The translations under genes were made by a program, and so were the position numbers. Of a stretch of 64,000 bases of DNA, positions 9,078-18,722 are shown in pieces. The notes below the pieces were generated by a model. The model searched no databases. It was given only the letters and a program-made list of their open reading frames with translations, and was not told where the DNA came from. Positions within the stretch are counted from its first letter, which is position 1, and each line of letters starts with the position of its first letter. This DNA is from a bacterium (GTDB lineage: Bacteria > Patescibacteriota > Doudnabacteria > UBA920 > VMFF01). The stretch spans positions 725 to 64,724 of the forward strand of contig JAJZOG010000005.1 in assembly GCA_021811585.1 (NCBI GenBank). Reading direction: 5' to 3'.

Positions 9078-9732
9078 AAATGCGCCCGCCAAAGATGCGC
9101 CGGCGCTTAATTTGATTTTTTTGGGCGATCCGGCCTCTGGAAAAGCCACCCAATCAGCGCGCATTATGCGCAAATTTCCGATGCACAGCGTTGATTTTGG
9201 AAAATTTTTGCGCACTGCCCAGCATTCCAAGAGCAAAAATCCAGTTTACATAAAAATCAGGCAAGCCATGCGTAGAACTTATAATTTAGGCAAACCCTTT
9301 CCCACAAATTTTGCGCGGGAATATTTTAAAAAACAAATTTTTAGCGTGCCGAAAAACAGGGGGATTCTTTTTGATGGCAATCCGAAAATGCTCGGGGAAG
9401 CCAGATTGGTCCGCAAATGGATGCAAAAAAGCGGCAGGACAAAAAATTCGGTTCTGGTTTTGTATTTGCATATACCTTACGGCGAGGCCTTGAGCAGAAT
9501 TTCCAAGCGAAAAGAAAAAATAAACGGCAAATATATACGCCGCAGCGATGATGATATTGCCGCGTTGAAGAACCGCGTCGAATATTTCAGGGTGCACATC
9601 CCCGCGGTTTTGAAATTTTTAGCCGGACATTATGCCTTCAAGAAAATAAGCGGGCTCGGCAGCCGCGCCGAAGTTTACCGGAGAATAGAAAAGGAGATAA
9701 ATGAGTTTAATAAAAGACGAAAAGGAAATTAA
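9055..9732 (+). CDS. Second adenylate-kinase-family nucleoside monophosphate kinase (short LID)
   Basis: GDPASGKATQ P-loop, FDGNPK, RSDDD. Confidence 0.8.
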   Translation: MPKRRAIKNAPAKDAPALNLIFLGDPASGKATQSARIMRKFPMHSVDFGKFLRTAQHSKSKNPVYIKIRQAMRRTYNLGKPFPTNFAREYFKKQIFSVPKNRGILFDGNPKMLGEARLVRKWMQKSGRTKNSVLVLYLHIPYGEALSRISKRKEKINGKYIRRSDDDIAALKNRVEYFRVHIPAVLKFLAGHYAFKKISGLGSRAEVYRRIEKEINEFNKRRKGN

Positions 9733-10459
9733 TTTTCTCCGCGAAGGCGGAGCGATTTTGGCTGATATCCTCAGGCGTACCGCGGCCCTGGCGCTGGCCG
9801 GCGTGAGCACTTTCGAGCTTGATAAATTCGCTGAAAAAGAGATTTTGAAATCAGGCGGAACCCCGGCTTTCAAAAATTACGGCGACAAGAGAAACCCTTT
9901 TCCGGCGGCATTGTGCACATCCATAAATTCCGAAATTGTCCACGGCATTCCATCCAAAAAAATTATATTGCGCGAGGGTGATATCGTAAGCTTGGATATT
10001 GGCATGAAATACAAAGGCCTGTACACTGATACGGCTTTAACGGTTGGGGTCGGGAAAATTTCCGCGGAAGCGCAGCGGCTTTTACAGGTTACGGAAAAAG
10101 CGCGCGATTTGCAGGTTGCTGCGGTTTGTCCTGGCAGAACCATAGGCGATATCGGCCATGTCGCGCAGAAATATATAGAGGGGCAGGGTTTTGCGGTTGT
10201 CCGGGATTTGGTCGGCCACGGAATTGGCTACCAGCTTCATGAGGAGCCGCAAGTGCCTTCGTATGGCCAACCCGGGAGGGGCGCGGTTTTAAAAGAGCGT
10301 ATGGTTATTGCCATTGAACCCATGGTCACAGCAGGGAAATATTCTATAATTATTGAAGATGACGGCTGGACCATTTGTACTGCCGACAATTCACTTGCCG
10401 CACATTTTGAGCACACTATTATTGTTACAAAAACCGGCGCCGAAGTCCTGACAAAATAA
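9701..10459 (+). CDS. map: Methionine aminopeptidase type I
   Basis: CTSINSEIVHGIP, GHGIG..LHEEP, IEPM, AHFEHT. Confidence 0.96.
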   Translation: MSLIKDEKEINFLREGGAILADILRRTAALALAGVSTFELDKFAEKEILKSGGTPAFKNYGDKRNPFPAALCTSINSEIVHGIPSKKIILREGDIVSLDIGMKYKGLYTDTALTVGVGKISAEAQRLLQVTEKARDLQVAAVCPGRTIGDIGHVAQKYIEGQGFAVVRDLVGHGIGYQLHEEPQVPSYGQPGRGAVLKERMVIAIEPMVTAGKYSIIIEDDGWTICTADNSLAAHFEHTIIVTKTGAEVLTK

Positions 10460-10653
10460 GGGTCCAACCCAATACCCCAACCTAAACCCCCAACCCAAAC
10501 CCCCAACCTAAACCCCTAATCCAAACCCCCAATCTAAGGATATTTATGCAATATATAAGGGAAACTCAATTAAAATATTATTAAAACACTTGCCTAAACA
10601 CCGCAATCGTGTCCTTAGATTGGGGTATTAGATTGGGGTATTGGGTTGGACCC
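10460..10653. repeat. 194-bp element with 21-bp perfect terminal inverted repeats and 13-bp-unit arms (REPIN/MITE-like)
   Basis: GGGTCCAACCCAATACCCCAA (10460-10480) is the reverse complement of 10633-10653; inner IR 10527-10540 / 10612-10625. Confidence 0.88.
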
Positions 10654-10655
10654 GT

Positions 10656-12443
10656 ATGAAAAAAACTAAAAATTTTAACCAATCTTGGGATCTTTCGGAG
10701 CTTTACAGTGGCGTGAATGATCCGAAGATATTTAAGGATTTGGCTGCTTTAGAAAAACGCGCGGAAAATTTCGAAAAGGAACATAAGGGCAAAGTGGCTG
10801 CCTATGGATTACCGCGGACACTCGCAGCAGTAAAAGAATTCGGCAAAATCCAGGAAAAACTACGTTTGCCCGTGGCTTTTGCTGAGCTTAGTTTTGCTGT
10901 TGACGGCGCAAATGTACAAATCAATTCCTTAAATCAAAAAGTCCAGGTGCAGTGCAGTGAAATACGCAACCATATAATCTTTTTTCCGCTTGAGCTGGGA
11001 AAGAATAAAAATCTCGCGGAGTTTGCAAAAAGCAAAAAGGCGCGGCCATTCAATATCCTTTTCAAAGATTTACTGGAAAATCGCAAATACCAGCTTTCGT
11101 TTGCCGAAGAGAAAATAATCAATATCAAAGCCACCACTTCTTCTGCCGGATGGATTCGGCTGCATGAAAAGCTGGAAAGCTCGCTGCGCATTAAATTAAA
11201 AAACAGTTTTGGAGAAATCAAGGAGCTTACTTTAGAGGAGGCCTTAAATTTTTCCCATTCGCCTAAAAGGCAGGAGCGCATTGCTGCTGCGCAGGGGATT
11301 TCGAACGCGTTGAAAGGCAATTTAGAAGTTTCTTCGCACATATATAATATGATTTTGCTCAATAAAGCTCGGGAAGATAAATTGCGCAATTGGCCATATC
11401 CCGAATCGCAGAGGCATGCCGCAAATTCTTTGAGTAAAAAGAGCGTGGATGCGCTGGCTGCTGCAACGCGGGAACATTTTGGCCTGGTTCCAAGATATTA
11501 CAAGCTCAAAAGGAAACTTTTGAAGTTAGACCGCCTTTTCGATTATGACAGGTATGCTCCGTTGCCGCAGAAGAGCGAAAGCAAATATACTTTTGAGCAG
11601 GCGGTCAAGGTTGTGCGGGCGGCATTCCACGCGTTTGATCCGGAATTCGAAAAATATTATTTGGATATTTTGGCTGCCGGGCATGTTGATGTCGTCCCGC
11701 GCAAAGGCAAACGCGCCGGCGCGTTTTGCGCTCACATGCCGCATCCGCATTTGCCGTATGTGCTTTTGAACCATGCGGGCAGCGGGAGGGATGTTGAAAC
11801 CCTTGCGCATGAGATGGGGCACGCTGTGCACGATTGTTTTGCCGAAAAGAATCCTTTTTTGGTAGCGCATCCGCCCTTGGCGCTTGCGGAAACGGCGAGC
11901 GTCTTTGGCGAGATGCTGGTATTTGAGTATTTGCTTGCGTCCGCCAAAACTAAAGCAGAACAGATTGCTTTGATTGCCGCGAAAATTGATATAATTTTTG
12001 CCACGATTCCCCGCCAAATATCCATGTTTTTTTTCGAACGCAAAGTGCATGATTTTGTCCGGCAAAACGGCGAGATCCCCGCGGAAAAAATAAATGAATT
12101 TTGGATGCAAATTCAAAGGGAAATGTTCGGCGACAGCGTGACCATCACTGAAAACTATTCTGTATGGTGGTCGTATATAATCCATTTCTTCGAGGTCCCG
12201 TTTTATACCTATGCTTATGCATTCGGAAATTTGTTGGTTTTTTCTTTATACGAACAATACAAAGAAGGCGCGCCAGGATTTGTGGAAAACTACAAAACCT
12301 TGCTTTCATTGGGCGGTGCAAAAACGCCTGCGCAGGCCTTGCAAACTTTCGGCTTTGATATAGAGAGAAAGGAATTTTGGCAAAGCGGCTTTAAAGTATT
12401 GGAAAAACTTATTGAACAGCTCGAATCCCTGTGCTATCATTAA
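10656..12443 (+). CDS. M3-family oligoendopeptidase (start moved to ATG 10656)
   Basis: WDLSELY, GKRAGAFC, HEMGH zinc motif, LAETASVFGE, FYTYAYAFG. Confidence 0.93.
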   Translation: MKKTKNFNQSWDLSELYSGVNDPKIFKDLAALEKRAENFEKEHKGKVAAYGLPRTLAAVKEFGKIQEKLRLPVAFAELSFAVDGANVQINSLNQKVQVQCSEIRNHIIFFPLELGKNKNLAEFAKSKKARPFNILFKDLLENRKYQLSFAEEKIINIKATTSSAGWIRLHEKLESSLRIKLKNSFGEIKELTLEEALNFSHSPKRQERIAAAQGISNALKGNLEVSSHIYNMILLNKAREDKLRNWPYPESQRHAANSLSKKSVDALAAATREHFGLVPRYYKLKRKLLKLDRLFDYDRYAPLPQKSESKYTFEQAVKVVRAAFHAFDPEFEKYYLDILAAGHVDVVPRKGKRAGAFCAHMPHPHLPYVLLNHAGSGRDVETLAHEMGHAVHDCFAEKNPFLVAHPPLALAETASVFGEMLVFEYLLASAKTKAEQIALIAAKIDIIFATIPRQISMFFFERKVHDFVRQNGEIPAEKINEFWMQIQREMFGDSVTITENYSVWWSYIIHFFEVPFYTYAYAFGNLLVFSLYEQYKEGAPGFVENYKTLLSLGGAKTPAQALQTFGFDIERKEFWQSGFKVLEKLIEQLESLCYH

Positions 12444-12446
12444 TGC

Positions 12447-13901
12447 ATGCAAGACAATAATAATCCCAACAATATCATTTCGGAAAACGCGGAAAATAAG
12501 CTTGCCGGGGAAAATCAAACGAAAGCGGAAAAGCCGCAAGCAGGGGCAGAAGCAAAAACAGAAGCAAAAATAAAAGCAACAGCAGCGGAAACGCCGGAAA
12601 CAAAAACAGAAGCAGAAAAAGCAACAGCACCGGGAAAATCGAAACAGGCAGAAACGCCCACCAAAACCCAGATTCAAACGCCCCCACAAACTCAGGCCCA
12701 AACCCAAATTATGAAGCTTGGGCGCGGATTAGTTTTCAGCATTTTGATTCTTAGCATTTTGGCCGGAGCGGTTGCCGGGTTTGCCGGAGGATTTGTGTTT
12801 GCGGGCGGAATGTTTGCCGCCAAGGGCGCGCCGGCAAAAACCGTCAGTGTCCAAGAGGATTCGGATATTATAAATGTTGTAAAAAAAGCCAGCCCAGCGG
12901 TTGTCTCCATAATTATTTCCAAGGATCTGCAACAAGCCAACAATTCCGACCCGTTTTCAAACCCGTTTTTCTTTGACCCGTTTTTTCAAAACAGGCAGCA
13001 GCAGCAAGGTTCCAACGCCCAGCCAACTTATCAGGAAGTAGGCGCTGGCAGCGGATTTTTTATCACTGCAAGCGGCTTGATCTTAACCAACAAGCATGTT
13101 GTTGCGGATACGCAGGCAAAATATACAGTAATCACCAGCGACGGGAAAGAATATGATGCCAGCGTTGTTGCGCGCGATCCTATAAACGATTTGGCTTTGG
13201 TGAAAATCAATATTCAAAACGCGCCGGTTTTGCAGCTCGCGGATTCTTCAAATTTGCAAATTGGCCAGCGCGTGATTGCGATTGGTGATTCCCTTGGCGA
13301 GTACAGTAACACGGTGACAACGGGAATTGTTTCCGGAATCGGCAGAAACGTTACGGCGGGCGGCGAAGGCACGTCCGAACAGCTTGAAGGCGTTATTCAA
13401 ACAGACGCGGCGATTAATCCGGGGAATTCCGGCGGCCCGCTTCTGGATATCCAAGGCCAGGTTATAGGAGTGAATACCGCAATAGACGAGCAGGGCCAGC
13501 TGGTGGGCTTTGCGATTCCCTCCAATGATGCGGCAAAAGACGTGCAAAGTTATGACAGTTACGGAGAGATAATAAAACCTTTCTTGGGAGTGCGCTACGT
13601 TATGATTACGCCGGACATTCAAAAGCAGCAAAATTTGCCGGTTGGCAACGGCGCCTGGATTACTTCCAATTACGGCATTAATTCTTCTTCCGAGCCGGCG
13701 GTTGTTCCCGGGAGCGCTGCCGACAAAGCAGGGCTCAAAGACGGCGATATCATAATTTCCGTAAACGGCGCCAAAATAGATGCGCGCAATACATTAACCG
13801 AGGTTTTGAAGAATTTTAATCCGGGGGAGACTATACATATGAGCGTGCTGCGCGGCGGGAAAGCCATGGATGTTGCCGTGACGCTCGGAGAGAAGAAATG
13901 A
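12447..13901 (+). CDS. htrA: HtrA/DegP-like membrane-anchored serine protease with PDZ domain
   Basis: GSGF, TNKHVV, DLA, QTDAAINPGNSGGPL, C-terminal PDZ; low-complexity N-terminus and one TM. Confidence 0.92.
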   Translation: MQDNNNPNNIISENAENKLAGENQTKAEKPQAGAEAKTEAKIKATAAETPETKTEAEKATAPGKSKQAETPTKTQIQTPPQTQAQTQIMKLGRGLVFSILILSILAGAVAGFAGGFVFAGGMFAAKGAPAKTVSVQEDSDIINVVKKASPAVVSIIISKDLQQANNSDPFSNPFFFDPFFQNRQQQQGSNAQPTYQEVGAGSGFFITASGLILTNKHVVADTQAKYTVITSDGKEYDASVVARDPINDLALVKINIQNAPVLQLADSSNLQIGQRVIAIGDSLGEYSNTVTTGIVSGIGRNVTAGGEGTSEQLEGVIQTDAAINPGNSGGPLLDIQGQVIGVNTAIDEQGQLVGFAIPSNDAAKDVQSYDSYGEIIKPFLGVRYVMITPDIQKQQNLPVGNGAWITSNYGINSSSEPAVVPGSAADKAGLKDGDIIISVNGAKIDARNTLTEVLKNFNPGETIHMSVLRGGKAMDVAVTLGEKK

Positions 13902-14311
13902 AAAGCGTCCTGGCAATTGATTACGGCGAAAAGAGAATGGGTCTTGCTGCGAGCGATTTGGAAAGGAAATTCTCATTTGAGATCGGGACTTGGCTAAATG
14001 ACAAAAATTTTTTCGCAAAACTTCGGGATTTGGCGCGGGAACGGGAAGCGGATACAATAGTATTGGGGTTCCCTTTGAATTTAAGCGGGCAGGAAACCAG
14101 GAAAAGTGGCGAGGTTTTGGAGTTCAGAAGCCGCTTGGAGCGCGAATTTCCGGAAATGAAAATCGAGCTTGCCGACGAGCGCTTAAGTTCAAAAATGGCT
14201 GAAAAGATTTCGGGACGAAACAAAAACATAGACGGCCTTGCGGCGCAAATTTTTTTGGAAGCATATTTGAAACGCAACAGGCAGGAACCCGAAGCCGCGG
14301 ATTTAAAATAA
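13898..14311 (+). CDS. ruvX: YqgF/RuvX-family nuclease
   Basis: LAIDYGEKRMGLA, DERLSS, IDGLAAQIFLE. Confidence 0.92.
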   Translation: MKSVLAIDYGEKRMGLAASDLERKFSFEIGTWLNDKNFFAKLRDLAREREADTIVLGFPLNLSGQETRKSGEVLEFRSRLEREFPEMKIELADERLSSKMAEKISGRNKNIDGLAAQIFLEAYLKRNRQEPEAADLK

Positions 14312-14339
14312 AATAATTAATTAATAATTAAAAACAAAA

Positions 14340-14852
14340 ATGAAGAAAAAAAGGAATAAAGTGATTTTTAAAAACAGGTATTTTGCCTGGTTTTTTGCCG
14401 TTGCCATTATTGCCGGCATTGCCCTGATTTTTTACATAGCCATATCAAATCAAAACCTGGATGCCCAGTTTGTTTTTCCCTCGCTGAAGCGGGAAAAAAT
14501 TTACGTTGACAAGCAGGACGGATTCCTTCAGCGCTATCCCGCAAACTGGCAGCTGGAAAGGGATAACAGCGGCGCGACAACATTTGAAAATCCTTCGGAT
14601 TCTTCGGAATCGATCTCCATTGAGAGCGCAACCGCGAATACGCAAAAAGAAATTAAAAGCGCTTTCAATATAGTTAAGGAAACCGATTTTACCCGCAGCG
14701 GCGATTCTTATTCCATTTTCCTGGGGCAAGAACCGCATTCCGCCGATTATATCAATGCGGCTGTCGTAAAATCCGCATCCGGAAAATATTTTTACCTCTC
14801 AGGCCATTCCGCGGAGTTTAATTCCTTTGTCTTGAATTTTAATCCGTTTTAA
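14340..14852 (+). CDS. Membrane-anchored hypothetical protein, PsbP-like
   Basis: N-terminal TM followed by GF..RYPANW pattern. Confidence 0.6.
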   Translation: MKKKRNKVIFKNRYFAWFFAVAIIAGIALIFYIAISNQNLDAQFVFPSLKREKIYVDKQDGFLQRYPANWQLERDNSGATTFENPSDSSESISIESATANTQKEIKSAFNIVKETDFTRSGDSYSIFLGQEPHSADYINAAVVKSASGKYFYLSGHSAEFNSFVLNFNPF

Positions 14853-14855
14853 TTC

Positions 14856-15845
14856 ATGTCCCAGTTCAGGCAAAATCCGATTACCAAGCACTGGGTGCTC
14901 ATAGCGCCGAACCGCGCCAAGCGCCCGGAACAATTTAATACCAGCGCCGTGATGTCAAAAGGCCTGGCCGAAGTTGTGCCTGCTTGCATTTTTTGCCCTG
15001 GCAATGAATCCAAAAATGTGGAAATTGCGCGTTTTCCGCAGGGAAAAAATTGGCAAATTCGGATAATAGAAAATAAATTCGAGGCGCTTTCGCATGTGCC
15101 GCTTTCCCGCCGCGCTGACGAGCTTTATGTCAACCGTTCCGGAGACGGCGAACACGAGGTTATCATTACCAGAAAGCACAACGAGCCGGTTGCCTTGCAA
15201 TCAACCGAAACAGTCAAGGCGACTTTGCAGGTTTTCAAGCAGCGCATTATAGATTTGTCCAAGCGCTCGGACATCGCTTATATCCAAATTTTTCACAACC
15301 ACGGCCGAGATGCCGGCGCTTCGCTGATCCATCCGCATTATCAGATTTTGGCAACGCCGATAGTTCCGCAGACGCTGCATGATGAAATGCTCGGCTGCTA
15401 CCATTATTATCGGGCAAGCGGCTCCTGCATTTATTGCGATATTATCAAAGAAGAAATCGCGCAAAAAGAACGCGTTATCATCAACGGTGAGAATTTTTTG
15501 GTCATTGCCCCTTATGCTTCGCGCAGCCCTTTTGAATCCTGGATTCTCCCCAAAAAGCACCTTTCCAGGTTTGAGGACATCGGCGCCGAGCAAATCCAGG
15601 AATTGGCATATATTTTGAAGGTTGTTTTGGGCCAGCTCTACTTGAAGCTTTCCGATCCGCCGCTCAATTTTTATTTGCACACCATGCCGCCGGCGCGCAG
15701 CAAACACTTGGCATATGAGGAGCAGTCCTACCACTGGCATATCACTGTTTTTCCGCGAATTACAATTTGGGCCGGCTTTGAATATGCCACAGGAATTCCA
15801 ATTAACCCCATGCCTCCGGAAACAGCCGCGGGCTTTCTAAAATAA
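14856..15845 (+). CDS. galT: Galactose-1-phosphate uridylyltransferase family protein
   Basis: RQNPIT..WV..APNRAKRP, CIFCPGNE, GASLIHPHYQ. Confidence 0.9.
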   Translation: MSQFRQNPITKHWVLIAPNRAKRPEQFNTSAVMSKGLAEVVPACIFCPGNESKNVEIARFPQGKNWQIRIIENKFEALSHVPLSRRADELYVNRSGDGEHEVIITRKHNEPVALQSTETVKATLQVFKQRIIDLSKRSDIAYIQIFHNHGRDAGASLIHPHYQILATPIVPQTLHDEMLGCYHYYRASGSCIYCDIIKEEIAQKERVIINGENFLVIAPYASRSPFESWILPKKHLSRFEDIGAEQIQELAYILKVVLGQLYLKLSDPPLNFYLHTMPPARSKHLAYEEQSYHWHITVFPRITIWAGFEYATGIPINPMPPETAAGFLK

Positions 15846-15868
15846 ATCTTATTTCCTAAAATAAATTC

Positions 15869-16564
15869 ATGAAGTATTTGGTTGCCAATTGGAAAATGAA
15901 TCCGGGTAGCGCAAAGGCCGCGCGGGCTTTGGCTGCGGCCGAAGCCGCCGCTTCGGGTAAAAAATCAAAAATCATAATTTGCCCGCCGTTTGTTTATATT
16001 CCCGAGCTTGCAGCGGCAAAGCACAAATTTGATTTGGGCTCGCAGGATATTTTTTGGGAAGATGGCGGCGCGCACACAGGGCAAATTTCCGGCCCAATGC
16101 TCAAGGCATATAATGTGAAATACGCCATAATCGGGCATTCGGAAAAGCGCGCCTTGGGCGAAACGGACGAACAAATTTCCCGCAAAGTGCAGGCAGCACT
16201 CGACAATAAAATTACTCCTCTTTTGTGCACGGGTTTTGGGGCGGAAAAAGGCATGGCAGAAGAAGATGTGCTCGCGCACATTCAGCGCCAATTGTCCGCG
16301 GATTTGCGCGGCGCCGATTGCGCCAGGGTCTTTGTTGCCTACGAGCCGGTTTGGGCAATCGGCACCGGCAAGCCGGCAACGCCCGAACACGCCGAGCGCG
16401 TTTGCATGTTTATAAAGATAAAATTTGGCGTCAAAAAAATCCTTTATGGAGGCAGTACGAATTCGGCCAATGCCGCGCAGTTCCTTTTCAAGGAAATTGA
16501 CGGTTTGCTTGTCGGCGGCGCGAGCTTGGATAAAAATGAATTTGTTAAAATGTCTTTAATTTAA
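15869..16564 (+). CDS. tpiA: Triosephosphate isomerase
   Basis: ANWKMN, IIGHSEKR, AYEPVWAIGTG, LVGGASL. Confidence 0.96.
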   Translation: MKYLVANWKMNPGSAKAARALAAAEAAASGKKSKIIICPPFVYIPELAAAKHKFDLGSQDIFWEDGGAHTGQISGPMLKAYNVKYAIIGHSEKRALGETDEQISRKVQAALDNKITPLLCTGFGAEKGMAEEDVLAHIQRQLSADLRGADCARVFVAYEPVWAIGTGKPATPEHAERVCMFIKIKFGVKKILYGGSTNSANAAQFLFKEIDGLLVGGASLDKNEFVKMSLI

Positions 16565-16568
16565 TTTT

Positions 16569-17153
16569 ATGATATATATTGCATCCGACCACGGCGGTTT
16601 TGAATTAAAAGAGCGTCTTGTGGCGCATCTGCAGGGCGCGGGATTGGAATTTGAGGACCTTGGCCCAAAGACGTATAATCTCGCAGACGATTATCCGAAA
16701 TTTGCTGCAAAAGTAGCGGAAAAAATTTCGCAAGCCGCAGGAAACAGGGCGGGCTCGGCAGCCGTCGACGGCACAGAGGCCGGCGTAAAATTTGCCGGTG
16801 CTGATGTTGGTGTTGGCGATGGCGATGGCGCCAATGGCGGTGCCGTCGTTGGCGCCGATGTGGACGCCGATGTTGGCGCGAATGCGGCAAAAGGAATTTT
16901 ATTGTGCCGAAGCGGCCAGGGAATGTGCATTTCGGCAAATAAATTTAAAGGGGTGCGCGCGGGCGTCTGCTGGAATGCGGAAGTCGCGGCTGCGGCAAAG
17001 CGCGACGACGATGTCAATGTTTTGTGCCTTCCTTCAGAGTATGTTTCGCCGGAAGAAGCCGTGCGAATTTTCGATGCTTGGAACAGCGCGCAATTTTCGC
17101 CTGAGCCGCGCTTTTCGCGGCGCCTGGAAGAAATAAGCGAATTGGAGAAATAA
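16569..17153 (+). CDS. rpiB: Ribose-5-phosphate isomerase B with ~50-aa low-complexity insertion
   Basis: IASDHGGFELK, DDYP, GILLCRSGQGMCISANK. Confidence 0.9.
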   Translation: MIYIASDHGGFELKERLVAHLQGAGLEFEDLGPKTYNLADDYPKFAAKVAEKISQAAGNRAGSAAVDGTEAGVKFAGADVGVGDGDGANGGAVVGADVDADVGANAAKGILLCRSGQGMCISANKFKGVRAGVCWNAEVAAAAKRDDDVNVLCLPSEYVSPEEAVRIFDAWNSAQFSPEPRFSRRLEEISELEK

Positions 17154-17154
17154 C

Positions 17155-17844
17155 TTGCCGGCAATAATACCTTCAATTTTAGAAGAGGGAATCGATGCCT
17201 TTAAGGCAAAGTCGGTTGCCATTGAGAAAATCCCGCAGGTTACGGATATACAGGCGGATTTTTCGGATGGAATTTTTACTCCGCACAAAACCGTTTTGCC
17301 CGGCGATCTTGATGTTTTAAATCCGGCTTTTTCATGGGAGGCGCATTTAATGGTTCAAAATCCGAAAACGTTTTTTTTCGATTGCTGCCTCGCTGGTTTT
17401 AAAAAAATAATTTTTCATTTTGAATCAGTGCCAAGCGGGGAAATAAAATCCGCTTGCGCAACAGTGCGGGACTTGAGGATGTCTTGCGCCTTGGCTGTTT
17501 TGCCGGAAACGCCTCTTGAAGAAATTTTTCCCTTTGTTGAAAATTTTGACGGCGTTTTATTGCTTTCCGTGCAGCCGGGATACCAGGGCGGCCAGTTTTT
17601 GGAAGAAACCTATGGACGGCTTGAGAAACTAAAAAGCCATTTAAAAAATATCAAAAAAGATGTTAAGATAGAGATAGACGGCGGCATCAAGCCGAAAAAT
17701 GCCGGAAAATTGCTGGAACATGGGGCGGATTTTTTGGTCATTGGCTCTGGTTTGTTTGAAAAAGGCGAAGACGGCTCGGTTGAGCCGGAAAAGAACTTCG
17801 AAAAATTCCAGAGAGCGCTGCGCGCGCCCCAGGAGCAAAAATGA
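17155..17844 (+). CDS. rpe: Ribulose-phosphate 3-epimerase (TTG start)
   Basis: IIPSIL, DG.F, EAHLMV, SVQPGYQGGQF, IEIDGGI. Confidence 0.9.
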   Translation: MPAIIPSILEEGIDAFKAKSVAIEKIPQVTDIQADFSDGIFTPHKTVLPGDLDVLNPAFSWEAHLMVQNPKTFFFDCCLAGFKKIIFHFESVPSGEIKSACATVRDLRMSCALAVLPETPLEEIFPFVENFDGVLLLSVQPGYQGGQFLEETYGRLEKLKSHLKNIKKDVKIEIDGGIKPKNAGKLLEHGADFLVIGSGLFEKGEDGSVEPEKNFEKFQRALRAPQEQK

Positions 17845-18689
17845 CCGGTGAAAAAAAGGGAATTTTGGGGTTTTGGCCGCTTCTTTTTGAAAGCGGCGCG
17901 CGCGCGAACCGCCAGGTGAAAGCTCTTTTGAAAACGTTATTTTGGATATCCCTGTATTTTTTGCGCGACGCCGCAATCCCTGTTGTAATGCTGGCGGCAG
18001 CGTTTTGGATATCAAAGCGCGATATTTTATCCTCGGACATAATTTCTTTGGCGTCAATCTTATGGCTGGTTGTCTTGGGAATAAAATACGACGGGGCGGT
18101 TGGTTATATGTTTGCGTCCTTGCCCTTGGAAACCCCTTCGCGTGAAATTGCCCGCACAGCCGTGCGCCGCGGATTTAAATTTTTTATCAATGCCATAAAT
18201 ACGGGGGTGCTGCTTGTTTTCGGGCAAATGCTCCTGATTTGCCCCTGCTTCATTGCCATGGATAATTTTATCTTCAGCCCTTTCTTAATAATATATGAAG
18301 GGAGAAGCGGCGCGGATGCAAAGGAGCGTTCGCGCGAGCTGGCATCGGGATTCGGATATCTTGTTTTGTATCGGACGGTTTCATTTCTGCTTATTGCTTA
18401 TGCTTTTTTGGCTCTGGCAATTGCAATAATTTTTATCCGTGCGGAATGGCTGGCGCTTCTTGTCTTGGCTCTTGCCGGCATGTATATTTCCTTGATGCAA
18501 AGCAATTTTATAAGGCAAATATATTTGGAGATGCTGGGATTGCAGAGTTCCGGCGCCGCGCGCCCGGCTCAAGCCGGCATGCGCGGTACATTTCTGGCAA
18601 TCGGGTTTATGATTATTTTAGCTTTCCTTATTTACGCTATTTTTAAGTTTCTGCCTTTCTTGGTATTTGAAATTAACCGTTTGATTTGA
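17841..18689 (+). CDS. Hypothetical multi-pass membrane protein
   Basis: Several hydrophobic segments; overlaps rpe stop. Confidence 0.7.
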   Translation: MTGEKKGILGFWPLLFESGARANRQVKALLKTLFWISLYFLRDAAIPVVMLAAAFWISKRDILSSDIISLASILWLVVLGIKYDGAVGYMFASLPLETPSREIARTAVRRGFKFFINAINTGVLLVFGQMLLICPCFIAMDNFIFSPFLIIYEGRSGADAKERSRELASGFGYLVLYRTVSFLLIAYAFLALAIAIIFIRAEWLALLVLALAGMYISLMQSNFIRQIYLEMLGLQSSGAARPAQAGMRGTFLAIGFMIILAFLIYAIFKFLPFLVFEINRLI

Positions 18690-18722
18690 ATCCGGTTTGA
18701 AAATTTGAAATAAAAAATAAAA

